From UHGV virus genome UHGV-1351772: a stretch of DNA of 64,000 nt; one strand, given 5' to 3'. Positions 44,644-53,365 of this stretch are shown here, piece after piece. The position numbers and the translations under genes are program-made. The DNA comes from a virus. The first letter of the stretch is position 1. Every line of letters begins with the position of its first letter. Under the pieces are notes generated by a model. It was given only the letters and a program-made list of their open reading frames with translations, had not been told where the DNA came from and made no database searches.

Positions 44644-45120
44644 TTACAGCCCTAAGTGCGTGAGTGATAAAATAGGTTGTGTTTCACCTTTAATCGTCGC
44701 GAAGGAACGATACATTTCTGCGTTACTTGAAAAAACTTCGTTAGCAACGATACATTCACCCGTCTCTAAAGAAAGGAGATAAATGTAGTCGCTCCATACG
44801 CTTTGTACCAATACCCACTCAAGTGCGGTGTCATTTTCGCGTGTTGTTCGCAGGTGATGAAAGTAAGGACGGATCGCATCAACTGCCGCATTAAAACGAC
44901 GGTGATAAATTCGGGTTAAATCAAAGGTCCAGATTGTTTCCAGGTCGACTGGATGTAGTGTGCGCACCGTTTCGATAATTGTCGACTGATCGTTAAGGCG
45001 CGAGGCTTCGGCGATACGCAGCAGTTTCCAGGCCACCGTTAAGTTGTGGCGAATTTGTTCAGGTTTAGCCGACAGGTCATGATGAAATTGCGCAGCTTGG
45101 TAAACGTTAGATAATTGCAT
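44644..45120 (-). CDS. Hypothetical protein, 158 aa
   Basis: ATG 45120 with AAAGGAG SD. Confidence 0.6.
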   Translation of the reverse strand: MQLSNVYQAAQFHHDLSAKPEQIRHNLTVAWKLLRIAEASRLNDQSTIIETVRTLHPVDLETIWTFDLTRIYHRRFNAAVDAIRPYFHHLRTTRENDTALEWVLVQSVWSDYIYLLSLETGECIVANEVFSSNAEMYRSFATIKGETQPILSLTHLGL

Positions 45121-45144
45121 TTTAATACTCCTTTAGGTAAACAT

Positions 45145-45177
45145 GTCGTAAAAAGGACCCCGGACGTACCGGGGTCA
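45145..45177 (-). terminator. Hairpin terminator (minus strand)
   Basis: GACCCCGG-ACGTA-CCGGGGTC hairpin, short U-run. Confidence 0.5.
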
Positions 45178-45186
45178 AGACTACAC

Positions 45187-45576
45187 TCAATGATCTAATT
45201 CAATAGCACCAGCCATCTTGCCCCGTTCTTCGATAACAATCAGATAACGGTCGCGAGATTTGCTTTTAGCGAGAGTTAAGACAACAGTAGGGTCGCATGT
45301 TTTCGTGGTGATAGGAAGAACCTCTCTTTCGACGGAATCGAGCAGAAAGTAATAACCTGCGGGACACATTGTGCCACCGTCAGCTTTTACCAGAATATAG
45401 CGCCCGTCTGCGCCGACTTCTTGGCAGATTGTTTCACCGACTTCGCAAACTTCAAACCCCGGAGGATTGTACTGATAATCGGTATTGTTGTTTGGGGTTA
45501 GCAGTAAATCGTTAACTTGAGTAGATGCTGCTACACTCAGGGAGAAGAAGAATGCTAAAACGCAGACGAGACGCAT
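45187..45576 (-). CDS. Small secreted Cys-containing protein 1 (signal peptide)
   Basis: MRLVCVLAFFFSLSVAAS signal; CEVGETICQEVGADGRYILVKADGGTMC; AAGGAG SD. Confidence 0.65.
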   Translation of the reverse strand: MRLVCVLAFFFSLSVAASTQVNDLLLTPNNNTDYQYNPPGFEVCEVGETICQEVGADGRYILVKADGGTMCPAGYYFLLDSVEREVLPITTKTCDPTVVLTLAKSKSRDRYLIVIEERGKMAGAIELDH

Positions 45577-45586
45577 GAGTTACTCC

Positions 45587-45997
45587 TTAAATTTTAAGTT
45601 TATCCATAGCTACAACGATAGGTTTTTCCGAAGTGTCTAATATCCCTACCATTGGCACACCATCTACGACTTCGAAGAATGGTTTGTTATTACCAGAGCA
45701 TAGACGTTTGTCGTTGTATTCGAGACGTTGGGCCTTCCACGTTTCGAGGTTGAGTACAGACATTGGGCTGTCGTAGCACCAGGCACCACCTTGCTCAACG
45801 ATGAATACGTATCTGCTACCTTTGTATTTAAACAGACTCTTCGCCTGACAGTACAACCCGTCAATTTCCGTACAATAGAAATCATCGGTGCTATTGACGT
45901 ACTTAATATTGTCTGGCAACTGTATTGTCTTTGCTGTAGCGTTGACAGAGAACAGAACAGCCATTGCAATGAGAAGAGTATTAATGATAGTTTTCAT
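45587..45997 (-). CDS. Small secreted Cys-containing protein 2 (paralog of protein 1)
   Basis: MKTIINTLLIAMAVLFSVNATA signal; CTEIDGLYCQAKSLFKYKGSRYVFIVEQGGAWC. Confidence 0.65.
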   Translation of the reverse strand: MKTIINTLLIAMAVLFSVNATAKTIQLPDNIKYVNSTDDFYCTEIDGLYCQAKSLFKYKGSRYVFIVEQGGAWCYDSPMSVLNLETWKAQRLEYNDKRLCSGNNKPFFEVVDGVPMVGILDTSEKPIVVAMDKLKI

Positions 45998-46008
45998 GAT
46001 AAAAGTCC

Positions 46009-46494
46009 TTAGTATTTAGATTGTTCTACGTACTTCTTAACCAGGTAAGCGAATTCGGCAACACCGATATCACCGAACCAAATCAGGTAACCGGGGTCGA
46101 TGTTGTAGTAATAACCGACGAGTTTCTTGGTGTGTGGGTTGTATAGCGTTACGATGTATTCCCAACCACAAGCGTTAGCTTTACAACCACCGCTTTCAAT
46201 CCAGATTTTGTTGTTGATGTTTACCGGATACATGTTACCGCCAGGGCCATCCATGTAACCTTTAGAGCCGAACATACCATCCAGTCCCACAGGGTCTAGT
46301 GTTTTATCAACAACGGCTTTAAACGACTTATCGGTATCGTACAAGTCGTTGATGTTTGGGCACGCATTTGGCTGACCTTCCCAAGCGTTTCCATCACAGG
46401 TAAGCAATTCGTCTGCGGAGGCCGCATCTACAGTTGGTGTGACACCGATAAACAAGAAAACCAGAAAGAACATCAGTGCATGTAAACGTTTCAT
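46009..46494 (-). CDS. Small secreted Cys-containing protein 3
   Basis: MKRLHALMFFLVFLFIGVTPTVDAAS signal; six Cys in mature part; AAAGGAG SD. Confidence 0.65.
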   Translation of the reverse strand: MKRLHALMFFLVFLFIGVTPTVDAASADELLTCDGNAWEGQPNACPNINDLYDTDKSFKAVVDKTLDPVGLDGMFGSKGYMDGPGGNMYPVNINNKIWIESGGCKANACGWEYIVTLYNPHTKKLVGYYYNIDPGYLIWFGDIGVAEFAYLVKKYVEQSKY

Positions 46495-46512
46495 TGTAAC
46501 TACTCCTTTAGA

Positions 46513-46905
46513 TTATTCAGCAGGGCGATTCAAGGTAACACGTCCGATTAATTCGGCGTTGTGAAAGAAGTCCACAGCGGTATAGTTACCAACGGATAGC
46601 GGATGGATACTAACTGACATTACTTTTGGTTGTTCGCAGGCGATATCCGTCAGACGTTGGTAGACTTGCGCACGGGTGTCAGCAATGAGTAACCCCGTAC
46701 ACGCTTCACCACGCACTAAACGATAAACTTGCAGTTTACCGAAACTGCGCATTAACGTAGGCGTCTCATCCGGGTTGATAATCGGTGAGTCAGGAGCCGG
46801 TTCGTAATAGCGGACATCCGAATCACCGAAAGCATAAGTGCCAGTAATTCCGACCGCACAGAAAATAATGATGGTATAAAGTATAGTTCTGATATTCATT
46901 TTCAC
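46513..46905 (-). CDS. Small secreted protein 4
   Basis: M(K)MNIRTILYTIIIFCAVGITGTYA signal; start GTG 46905 or ATG 46899. Confidence 0.55.
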   Translation of the reverse strand: MKMNIRTILYTIIIFCAVGITGTYAFGDSDVRYYEPAPDSPIINPDETPTLMRSFGKLQVYRLVRGEACTGLLIADTRAQVYQRLTDIACEQPKVMSVSIHPLSVGNYTAVDFFHNAELIGRVTLNRPAE

Positions 46906-46927
46906 GCACTCTAAAAAAGATTAATAG

Positions 46928-47389
46928 TTATTTGTTAGGACGGGTGTGTCCACAGTTCTGGAAGAAAGTTTCAGACAGACGTTCGCCTTCTACGGTAAAG
47001 TTAGCGGTGTCGTTACCATTGATACTCACACTGAAAGTTTTGGCATTACCGATAGCATTAACGAAAGCAACCCAAGCGTGTTCTGCTTTGTCACTACCGT
47101 CCACGGTAGGGATGTTATAGGTCTTGCCGTTTACGACAATATCCAACGTGTTATCTTCCGCGTTAGTTGCACCTACGGGTTCACCGTAATACCAAACCAT
47201 GTGACCGTAAAATTTGCGATTCGCAGTTTCTGTGTCACAGTTGATAGACAGTCCGTTTCCGGCGGTGTCTTCAATTTCGTAAACTGCCTGGCCAGGGTTT
47301 TGTATTTGTTCCCAGCTGTTGATAGCGGCGTGTGCGCTATTGAGGCCGAAAGTTAAAATGGTTATTAAGAAAGTGATAAAGGTTTTCAT
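46928..47389 (-). CDS. Small secreted protein 5
   Basis: MKTFITFLITILTFGLNSAHA signal; AAGGAG SD. Confidence 0.65.
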   Translation of the reverse strand: MKTFITFLITILTFGLNSAHAAINSWEQIQNPGQAVYEIEDTAGNGLSINCDTETANRKFYGHMVWYYGEPVGATNAEDNTLDIVVNGKTYNIPTVDGSDKAEHAWVAFVNAIGNAKTFSVSINGNDTANFTVEGERLSETFFQNCGHTRPNK

Positions 47390-47435
47390 TGAAATGCTCC
47401 TTCGGGTTATGGGGAAATTCCCACAAATTATGAAA

Positions 47436-47807
47436 TTAAATAACTGTGTTGGGTAATGCTTTAATCTGTGTATAACTATCTCCGATACCTCTTATCATTT
47501 CCAGACGCTCTTCTGTAGAAAGGCTTTGGTTAATGTCTTTGTCAAGATTGAACAGTGTCAAGAGTTTTGCAATTGCAACCGTCAAGTTGTCGGACAGCTC
47601 GTTGTTTTTACGCCATTCTTCGTTACGGAAAATAGAGATAAGGTCTTTCGCCTGGCCTTCAGCGTGCGGTTTGGCTAACTGCGCGTCACGCTGTTCGATA
47701 AGGTATGCTTCGTTAGTAAGTAAACGTTTCAGGTTTTCTGGGTTAGTGGCAGCGCGAGTAACGATCATTAATACAACAAACGGGTCTTTAAATAATTCGT
47801 TTTTCAT
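47436..47807 (-). CDS. Hypothetical protein, 123 aa
   Basis: ATG 47807 with AGGAG SD; conserved hairpin plus 21-mer module upstream. Confidence 0.6.
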   Translation of the reverse strand: MKNELFKDPFVVLMIVTRAATNPENLKRLLTNEAYLIEQRDAQLAKPHAEGQAKDLISIFRNEEWRKNNELSDNLTVAIAKLLTLFNLDKDINQSLSTEERLEMIRGIGDSYTQIKALPNTVI

Positions 47808-47860
47808 CTTTAGTTCTCCTAAAATGGTTTTCGTTAAGTGAGAGCTTTTGTACTCTCACC

Positions 47861-47881
47861 TAAGTAATATATATCTGAAAT
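47861..47881. promoter_or_regulatory. Conserved 21-mer TAAGTAATATATATCTGAAAT preceded by hairpin (47838-47859)
   Basis: 20 of 21 nt identical to 52147-52167; contains GTAATATATA; lies 54 nt upstream of minus gene start 47807. Confidence 0.45.
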
Positions 47882-47896
47882 TATTTTTAATAATAA

Positions 47897-47932
47897 CGAA
47901 CAAAAAATAAAAGGTGGGGGTAAACCCCCACC
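47897..47932 (-). terminator. Rho-independent terminator (minus strand)
   Basis: GGTGGGGG-TAAA-CCCCCACC hairpin with U-run on minus strand. Confidence 0.7.
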
Positions 47933-47936
47933 GATG

Positions 47937-48515
47937 TTATACATCGAACCGGTACTGCCGGGAGTTAATGAGGAACTCGGTATTCAGCTCAATCCATTCG
48001 AGTAAATCGCCCAACGGTAATCGGTTTGGGTTTTCTAACTCAATAGACGCTACCGGATAAGAGTTTACTAATTCCGTAATTGCCTCAATACCCTCTTGCG
48101 TTCCATCGTCTTCTAAGGTGATTGTAAACGGCATATCGGTACGATCCGCATTAGGATTGTACAAACTGACTTTCGTTGCTTGGACAAACGCAGTCAGGTC
48201 GTCACGTATAATGCGTGTATCAGGCGCTAGAACTACCCAGAGATGTTGTCCAGGCTGGAGTTTACGTTTTGCGTAGTTTAAGAACGGATTAGCCGGTAAG
48301 CTTTCCAAACCACTGCAAATGTTCCGTAAATGAATACCTCGTGGGTCTTTATAGTCCACGCTGAAGATTCCTACCGGTTCCTTCGCTGCCTGTTTTATCA
48401 GAAAGACCAATACCGTGTCCGCTCTTTCTGGTAAGGAAAGCTCTATTCCCTCAAGCTCCCCATCGACGAGGTTTTCCAACCAAACGTCTTTTCGCATTTC
48501 TATTAATCGGTACAC
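47937..48515 (-). CDS. Hypothetical protein, 192 aa
   Basis: GTG 48515 with GAGGTGG SD. Confidence 0.55.
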   Translation of the reverse strand: MYRLIEMRKDVWLENLVDGELEGIELSLPERADTVLVFLIKQAAKEPVGIFSVDYKDPRGIHLRNICSGLESLPANPFLNYAKRKLQPGQHLWVVLAPDTRIIRDDLTAFVQATKVSLYNPNADRTDMPFTITLEDDGTQEGIEAITELVNSYPVASIELENPNRLPLGDLLEWIELNTEFLINSRQYRFDV

Positions 48516-48527
48516 GGTACCACCTCA

Positions 48528-49301
48528 CTATTGATTAAGTTTTACATCGGCAATAAACAGCAATTGTTTACCATGTTGCTGCACTTCTTTCCAACCCAGT
48601 TTCATAGCAGCGTCAACAACATCTAACATGCTGTAACGGGACATCAACGCGGTTGATTTTGTTCCTGACATTAAATAAAGTGGCTCATTAGGGCAACGGT
48701 CTCGAGCATCAGGAAGTTCTCGAATAACCACTGAGCCTTCGGGTACGGTAACAACATGAATCACGGTAAATGGTCTCTTGTGTGTTAAGTAGATACGGAA
48801 CCCAACGTGTTCAGATTCATGAAAGATTTTCTTCACGACCACATCTTTCAGTGTCGTCTGAACATCAGCCCCAGGTAATATCGTGGTTTCACGTGAAACG
48901 AAGCAACGACTATTTTCAATCGTGGAGAAATAATTACGTATCGGCAAACTGGCGTTATGATCGCGCAGTTTTTTGCTCAGTAGATCGAAGTTCAGTTCTT
49001 TAACTTTTTCTAACCACTCTTTGGCTTGTTGAATGTAATAACTACCGACAGCGCGATAAGTTAATACCTTACCTGTGCTCACTTGCCAAAGCTTGATGCT
49101 TAGTGAATTTGGCTTATAGCGACGATACTCACCCCGCGTATGGTTGATGCGCTCGTAACGCTCTACATCATCAACGGGTGCAGATTCGACCGATTGTAAT
49201 TGCAGCGTACGATCTAATCTATCGGCAAATAGTAGTGATGTTAGCGAACCTTCGATCATATACGGTTCGGTTTTAAAGATATCGTCTAAATGGACTTTCA
49301 T
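48528..49301 (-). CDS. Paralog family member 1 (C-terminal GW..V...G.QLLF motif)
   Basis: 257 aa; ends KLGWKEVQQHGKQLLFIADVKLNQ; N-terminus MKVHLDDIF similar to member 4 MRELLDDIF. Confidence 0.65.
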   Translation of the reverse strand: MKVHLDDIFKTEPYMIEGSLTSLLFADRLDRTLQLQSVESAPVDDVERYERINHTRGEYRRYKPNSLSIKLWQVSTGKVLTYRAVGSYYIQQAKEWLEKVKELNFDLLSKKLRDHNASLPIRNYFSTIENSRCFVSRETTILPGADVQTTLKDVVVKKIFHESEHVGFRIYLTHKRPFTVIHVVTVPEGSVVIRELPDARDRCPNEPLYLMSGTKSTALMSRYSMLDVVDAAMKLGWKEVQQHGKQLLFIADVKLNQ

Positions 49302-49309
49302 TTCTATTT

Positions 49310-49342
49310 CCTTCTTAACAAAAGCCGCGACTAAAGCGCGGC
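49310..49342 (-). terminator. Hairpin terminator (minus strand)
   Basis: GCCGCG-ACTAAA-CGCGGC hairpin plus U-rich tract on minus strand. Confidence 0.5.
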
Positions 49343-49368
49343 AGTTAGAGAAAGTGTAGTTTCACTTA

Positions 49369-50520
49369 TTAAATGTTGGCAACAAACAACAGTTGGCTGC
49401 CGTATTTTTGCACGTCAGCCCAACCGTAGTCTTTCCCGATTATAGGTAGATGTAAAGCATCCAGCTTCTCGTCTTTCGCCTTCAGTTTCGCCACTAACGC
49501 ATTGGACTCCTCAGCACCGAGCAGTAATGCGGGTTCTTTTTCAGTACGTCCTTCTGCGGTCGGGAAGAAATCGTAATAGCTGCGAGTAGGTAAATCGACA
49601 GAAAAACTACGATTGCCTATTGTGATGAAGAACGCAACTCCTTCACAGTTAACATCTACACTACACGACCACCCCGCCTCTGTTAAAAGGTCTTTTAACA
49701 GACACCACACTTTAAGTTGGTTCTTAGAAAGTGTACGGTAGATAGCAAGATGGTCAGGAAGTAAATGCACCGCCATAATCATGTTTTCACATTTCTCGTC
49801 AAGCAACCTTGGATGTTGAATCGGGAACAATAATTCACTGATACCCACGTTATCAATTTTGTTAACAAAATCAGTTAATTCATCTTTTAAGGTACGCACG
49901 GATTTTTCTCCTTCGACTTCAATAATCTGGTGGGGTTCGCCGCTAATTAAAATGTGGTAAACGATGTCGTCGGTAGAACGGTAAGTGAGTTTGATAGCTT
50001 TATCACTTAACATTTCGTAGCGGAAGAAACTTTCGTACCAAGTTGACCCGAAATCGTTTCGTGTAAGTTCCTGCTCAACTTTGATGGTTTTTGCTTCAAA
50101 GCCGATTAACCCGCTTAATAACGCGAGTTCTGGTTTAGTTAAAATGCCCGCACCGTGAAAGGGCACTTTCTCAAGCTGAAAACATAAATTACTGACTTTA
50201 CCACTTGGGAAGACCTTAAACATAATCTTCCGGCTGCTACTCTTTTCCCTAACAACGAGTTTACGGTAATTTAGTCCACAATTTGTGTAAACCGCGAACT
50301 TGTAACCTTCAATTTCTTCATCGTAAGTACAGACATCGACAGGTGCGATAATCTCATTGTATTCAGTAAGTACACAGCAGCCCAAGTTATAACCAAACAA
50401 CTCACGTTGTAATGAAGACTCGATGGTTAAGCTTGGTAGTGACCAAACCCGATTATAGCATCTGTCCATCAGTTCTTTTAGGATCTTGGCATGTCCTGGT
50501 TTAGAAATAATATTACGCAT
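49369..50520 (-). CDS. Paralog family member 2
   Basis: 383 aa; ends KDYGWADVQKYGSQLLFVANI; AAAGGAG SD. Confidence 0.65.
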   Translation of the reverse strand: MRNIISKPGHAKILKELMDRCYNRVWSLPSLTIESSLQRELFGYNLGCCVLTEYNEIIAPVDVCTYDEEIEGYKFAVYTNCGLNYRKLVVREKSSSRKIMFKVFPSGKVSNLCFQLEKVPFHGAGILTKPELALLSGLIGFEAKTIKVEQELTRNDFGSTWYESFFRYEMLSDKAIKLTYRSTDDIVYHILISGEPHQIIEVEGEKSVRTLKDELTDFVNKIDNVGISELLFPIQHPRLLDEKCENMIMAVHLLPDHLAIYRTLSKNQLKVWCLLKDLLTEAGWSCSVDVNCEGVAFFITIGNRSFSVDLPTRSYYDFFPTAEGRTEKEPALLLGAEESNALVAKLKAKDEKLDALHLPIIGKDYGWADVQKYGSQLLFVANI

Positions 50521-50550
50521 TTTTACTCTCCTTTAGTGTTTTTTCGTTAC

Positions 50551-51105
50551 TTAAGCAGGGTAAGCTAAGAACAACAGCTGCTGGCCGATTTTACGTACGG
50601 TATACCAACCGTGGGCTTTAGCGACCGCGATCAACGTTTCCCAGTCGTCAACATCGCACTGTTCATTCCGAAGTCTTGTAAAGAGTGCCTCGGCTTCGCT
50701 TTGGTTTAATAACTTACCTGGGTTGTCTGGGGTGCAGTCAGTAGGGGTTGGAAAGAAAGTATACTGACGCGCTAGGAGAAAATCGACCAGATACTTGGTA
50801 TTTTCTTTATAAACCAGCGTGGAAGACTTTCCTTCGTGGAAGAAGCTGCCTGTTTTCCAAGCGCTATCCCCCAGTAAGCTCTGAAGGTAATCTGTAAAGC
50901 CCGTTCTGAAAGGGATATGGTTTTTACGTGTGATGTTACGACGCAGCGGGGTTTCCTCTACAGCTTGTACACTTACCCCTACTATCATCGCACCTGGCTG
51001 AATAATGCTATTGGTCAGTACGGTATAAGGACGGACAAAGAAATGTTCGCCTACGCCCTTTTCAAGGGTTTGGATAATTTCATTTTTCAGTTCAGTTTGA
51101 AACAT
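50551..51105 (-). CDS. Paralog family member 3
   Basis: 184 aa; ends KAHGWYTVRKIGQQLLFLAYPA. Confidence 0.65.
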   Translation of the reverse strand: MFQTELKNEIIQTLEKGVGEHFFVRPYTVLTNSIIQPGAMIVGVSVQAVEETPLRRNITRKNHIPFRTGFTDYLQSLLGDSAWKTGSFFHEGKSSTLVYKENTKYLVDFLLARQYTFFPTPTDCTPDNPGKLLNQSEAEALFTRLRNEQCDVDDWETLIAVAKAHGWYTVRKIGQQLLFLAYPA

Positions 51106-51136
51106 GGTATATTCTCCTTTTTTTCGGTTTTCTTAA

Positions 51137-51874
51137 TTACGCAGTTTTAATTAACAGCAGATAGTCCTTCGTAATCTCAGCACAACTCCACCCTCTCATC
51201 GTGGCGATTTTACGAAGATCAATTTTCTCGTGATATTTCAATAAGGGATCGTCCGGGTTAATTTCAACCAGGTGTGTGGCTTTAGAAATCGTTTCCACAT
51301 CTGGGATCTGTTTTGCTAAGTCGGATGCAATCAGTTCAATAACGCGGTATCCCTTTAACACAGAAACATAGATGCGCAAGCCATATAGCGTGCCCTCGTC
51401 TTCTAATGGACAAAGATCGATGCCGGGTCCAAGCAGTGATAACTCGACGTTATCGGGAAGGTTTTCTGCATTTCGGAGTAACCCTATCCCATTTCTAAAC
51501 AGAGGGAAGTAAGAGAATAGTGGTGGTAAAGGCCAACCGTTCCCAATAAGCACATCATCGATACTAGTAGGCGTGTTCGCAAGAAGACGAATGTGGTCAG
51601 CCACAACTTCAAGTTCGGCATCACTGATCAACTTATAGATTAACATGACGCTGGTTTCGGTATTAAAAACAAAGAAGACGCGGTTGGCGTAACTACCTAT
51701 CACGTATTCGTCAATCAAGCAGTCGATAACGTCACTGTCTGGATAATCTTCAGGTTTAATTGTTCCAGCATCGATTAACTTAGCAGGTTGCGATTGTTTT
51801 ATTAGTTCGTTAACCACCGTAGAAGAAAGTTCTAAACTGGTATTGGTAAAGATATCGTCTAATAATTCTCTCAT
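51137..51874 (-). CDS. Paralog family member 4
   Basis: 245 aa; ends TMRGWSCAEITKDYLLLIKTA; first gene leftward of the divergent regulatory region. Confidence 0.6.
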   Translation of the reverse strand: MRELLDDIFTNTSLELSSTVVNELIKQSQPAKLIDAGTIKPEDYPDSDVIDCLIDEYVIGSYANRVFFVFNTETSVMLIYKLISDAELEVVADHIRLLANTPTSIDDVLIGNGWPLPPLFSYFPLFRNGIGLLRNAENLPDNVELSLLGPGIDLCPLEDEGTLYGLRIYVSVLKGYRVIELIASDLAKQIPDVETISKATHLVEINPDDPLLKYHEKIDLRKIATMRGWSCAEITKDYLLLIKTA

Positions 51875-51968
51875 GATTTACTCGCTAATCCCAATGAAGG
51901 GAAGGCTATTATTATGGATTGTAAAAGAGGTATAAGGAAGTCACTACGTTCCTCTGGGAAGAGTATGT

Positions 51969-52035
51969 CGGTATACTCCGTATACCTCCGCTATTTATAT
52001 CCGTATACATAATGCCCCTACCCCTACCGGTATCC
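51969..52035. repeat. Iterated palindromic GTATAC-core elements (c[cg]GTATAC x3 plus ccGGTATCC) in divergent intergenic region
   Basis: cgGTATACtccGTATACctccgctatttatatccGTATACat...ccGGTATCC; GTATAC is self-complementary. Confidence 0.5.
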
Positions 52036-52113
52036 CGAGTAGCAGAATAAAGGGTCATAATGTAATTTTTTAGTAACCTTTAACGAAAGGTACTAAAAGG
52101 GTAACGTGTCCGT

Positions 52114-52167
52114 AGGGACTGAACTGGTACTTCAGTCCCTATTCACTTAAGTAAAATATATCTGAAA
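52114..52167 (+). promoter_or_regulatory. Hairpin (AGGGACTGAA...TTCAGTCCCT) followed by conserved 21-mer TAAGTAAAATATATCTGAAAT, upstream of plus-strand tail module
   Basis: 21-mer ends 27 nt before ATG 52194; near-identical copy at 47861. Confidence 0.5.
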
Positions 52168-52193
52168 TCAATTCCGATCTAAGGAACGTCCCG

Positions 52194-53159
52194 ATGGAGA
52201 AATCCAGTGTTGATTTTTTCTCAATTGGTATCGTCGCGGAAGACAAACCCCGTGGTACAGATCGGGTAAAAGTGATACCAATTGAAACTAACTTTGCTAA
52301 CCCTACTGTGGTGCAATCTGTTTCTTCAGCAACTGAAAAGACGCATGAAACATCTGGTGCAACAGATAACCTAACCATTAAGACGGGAAACACGATAACG
52401 GCAAAGTGGTGGAAGTTTAACTCCAACCGAATTAATTCCCCTGACGTTAAACGAGAAGATTACGTTATCTTGTTACGTTTGGGGAAAACCGATATTTATT
52501 TTTGGATTGATCTGAACTTCGCTAACGTTAAGCGATTAGAAGATGCGGTTTATGCGTGGTCGGCTGACCCTGAAAACCAAATGGCGGATGACTTGTCCAA
52601 TGCGTATGTGTTGAACGTTTCGACGATTGACAAACATATCACGCTAAGAACAAGTATGGTGAACGGTGAGAAAGCGGCGTGGTTGTTTCAGTTTGATAAT
52701 GCAAACGGTACGTGGCAGTGCGTTGACCATAAAGGAAACAAGTATTACATTAACTCGGTTGAAGATGATCTCGGGTTTGAGAATGCGATGCTTTCAAAAG
52801 TGAACATCAACAAAGAAGATGCGTTCATTTATTCAAAGCGTTCTATTAACCTGGAAACGAAAACGATTAATGAAAAATGCGAAGTCCGCAATACGGAAGC
52901 AGCGAATTCCGTTACGTTTAAAACACAAACCTGGTTAACAGAAGCGGGCAGTTCGACAACGTTTAAAACGCCGAACTTTAAACAAGAAGGGAAGGAAGCG
53001 ATGTTCACCGGTAATTTGGAAGTCGCTAAGAACTTCAAATACGGTGGTACGGGTGAGGGTGTGGGTGTCTTTACGGTTAAAGATGCCGTTATTTCCGGTA
53101 TTACCTTTAGCGTTCACATTCACCAAGGTAAACATGGCCCGACATCACCTCCGCAGTAA
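52194..53159 (+). CDS. Putative virion (baseplate/tail) protein, 321 aa
   Basis: AAGGA SD; first gene of plus-strand module leading to tail fibres; no confident motif. Confidence 0.6.
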   Translation: MEKSSVDFFSIGIVAEDKPRGTDRVKVIPIETNFANPTVVQSVSSATEKTHETSGATDNLTIKTGNTITAKWWKFNSNRINSPDVKREDYVILLRLGKTDIYFWIDLNFANVKRLEDAVYAWSADPENQMADDLSNAYVLNVSTIDKHITLRTSMVNGEKAAWLFQFDNANGTWQCVDHKGNKYYINSVEDDLGFENAMLSKVNINKEDAFIYSKRSINLETKTINEKCEVRNTEAANSVTFKTQTWLTEAGSSTTFKTPNFKQEGKEAMFTGNLEVAKNFKYGGTGEGVGVFTVKDAVISGITFSVHIHQGKHGPTSPPQ

Positions 53160-53277
53160 TTCCCCTTTTTCTTACGTTGTTTTTATATATTGTGACCTGA
53201 CGTTGGTAAAGCTTTTTATCAACACTTTTCTTAAACCCATCGTTTAGTTAAGCAGGCCACTTTTTTCGCGCACTCTA

Positions 53278-53297
53278 CTCCTCCCTACGGGGAGGAG
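53278..53297. other. Hairpin CTCCTCCC-TACG-GGGAGGAG upstream of small gene
   Basis: 8-bp GC-rich stem; no U-run on either side. Confidence 0.4.
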
Positions 53298-53365
53298 CTA
53301 TCTTATGCTTCGGTTGTAACACACGTCGGTCTTAGACCACCTTCCTTTTGAAATGGAGAGCTGTT

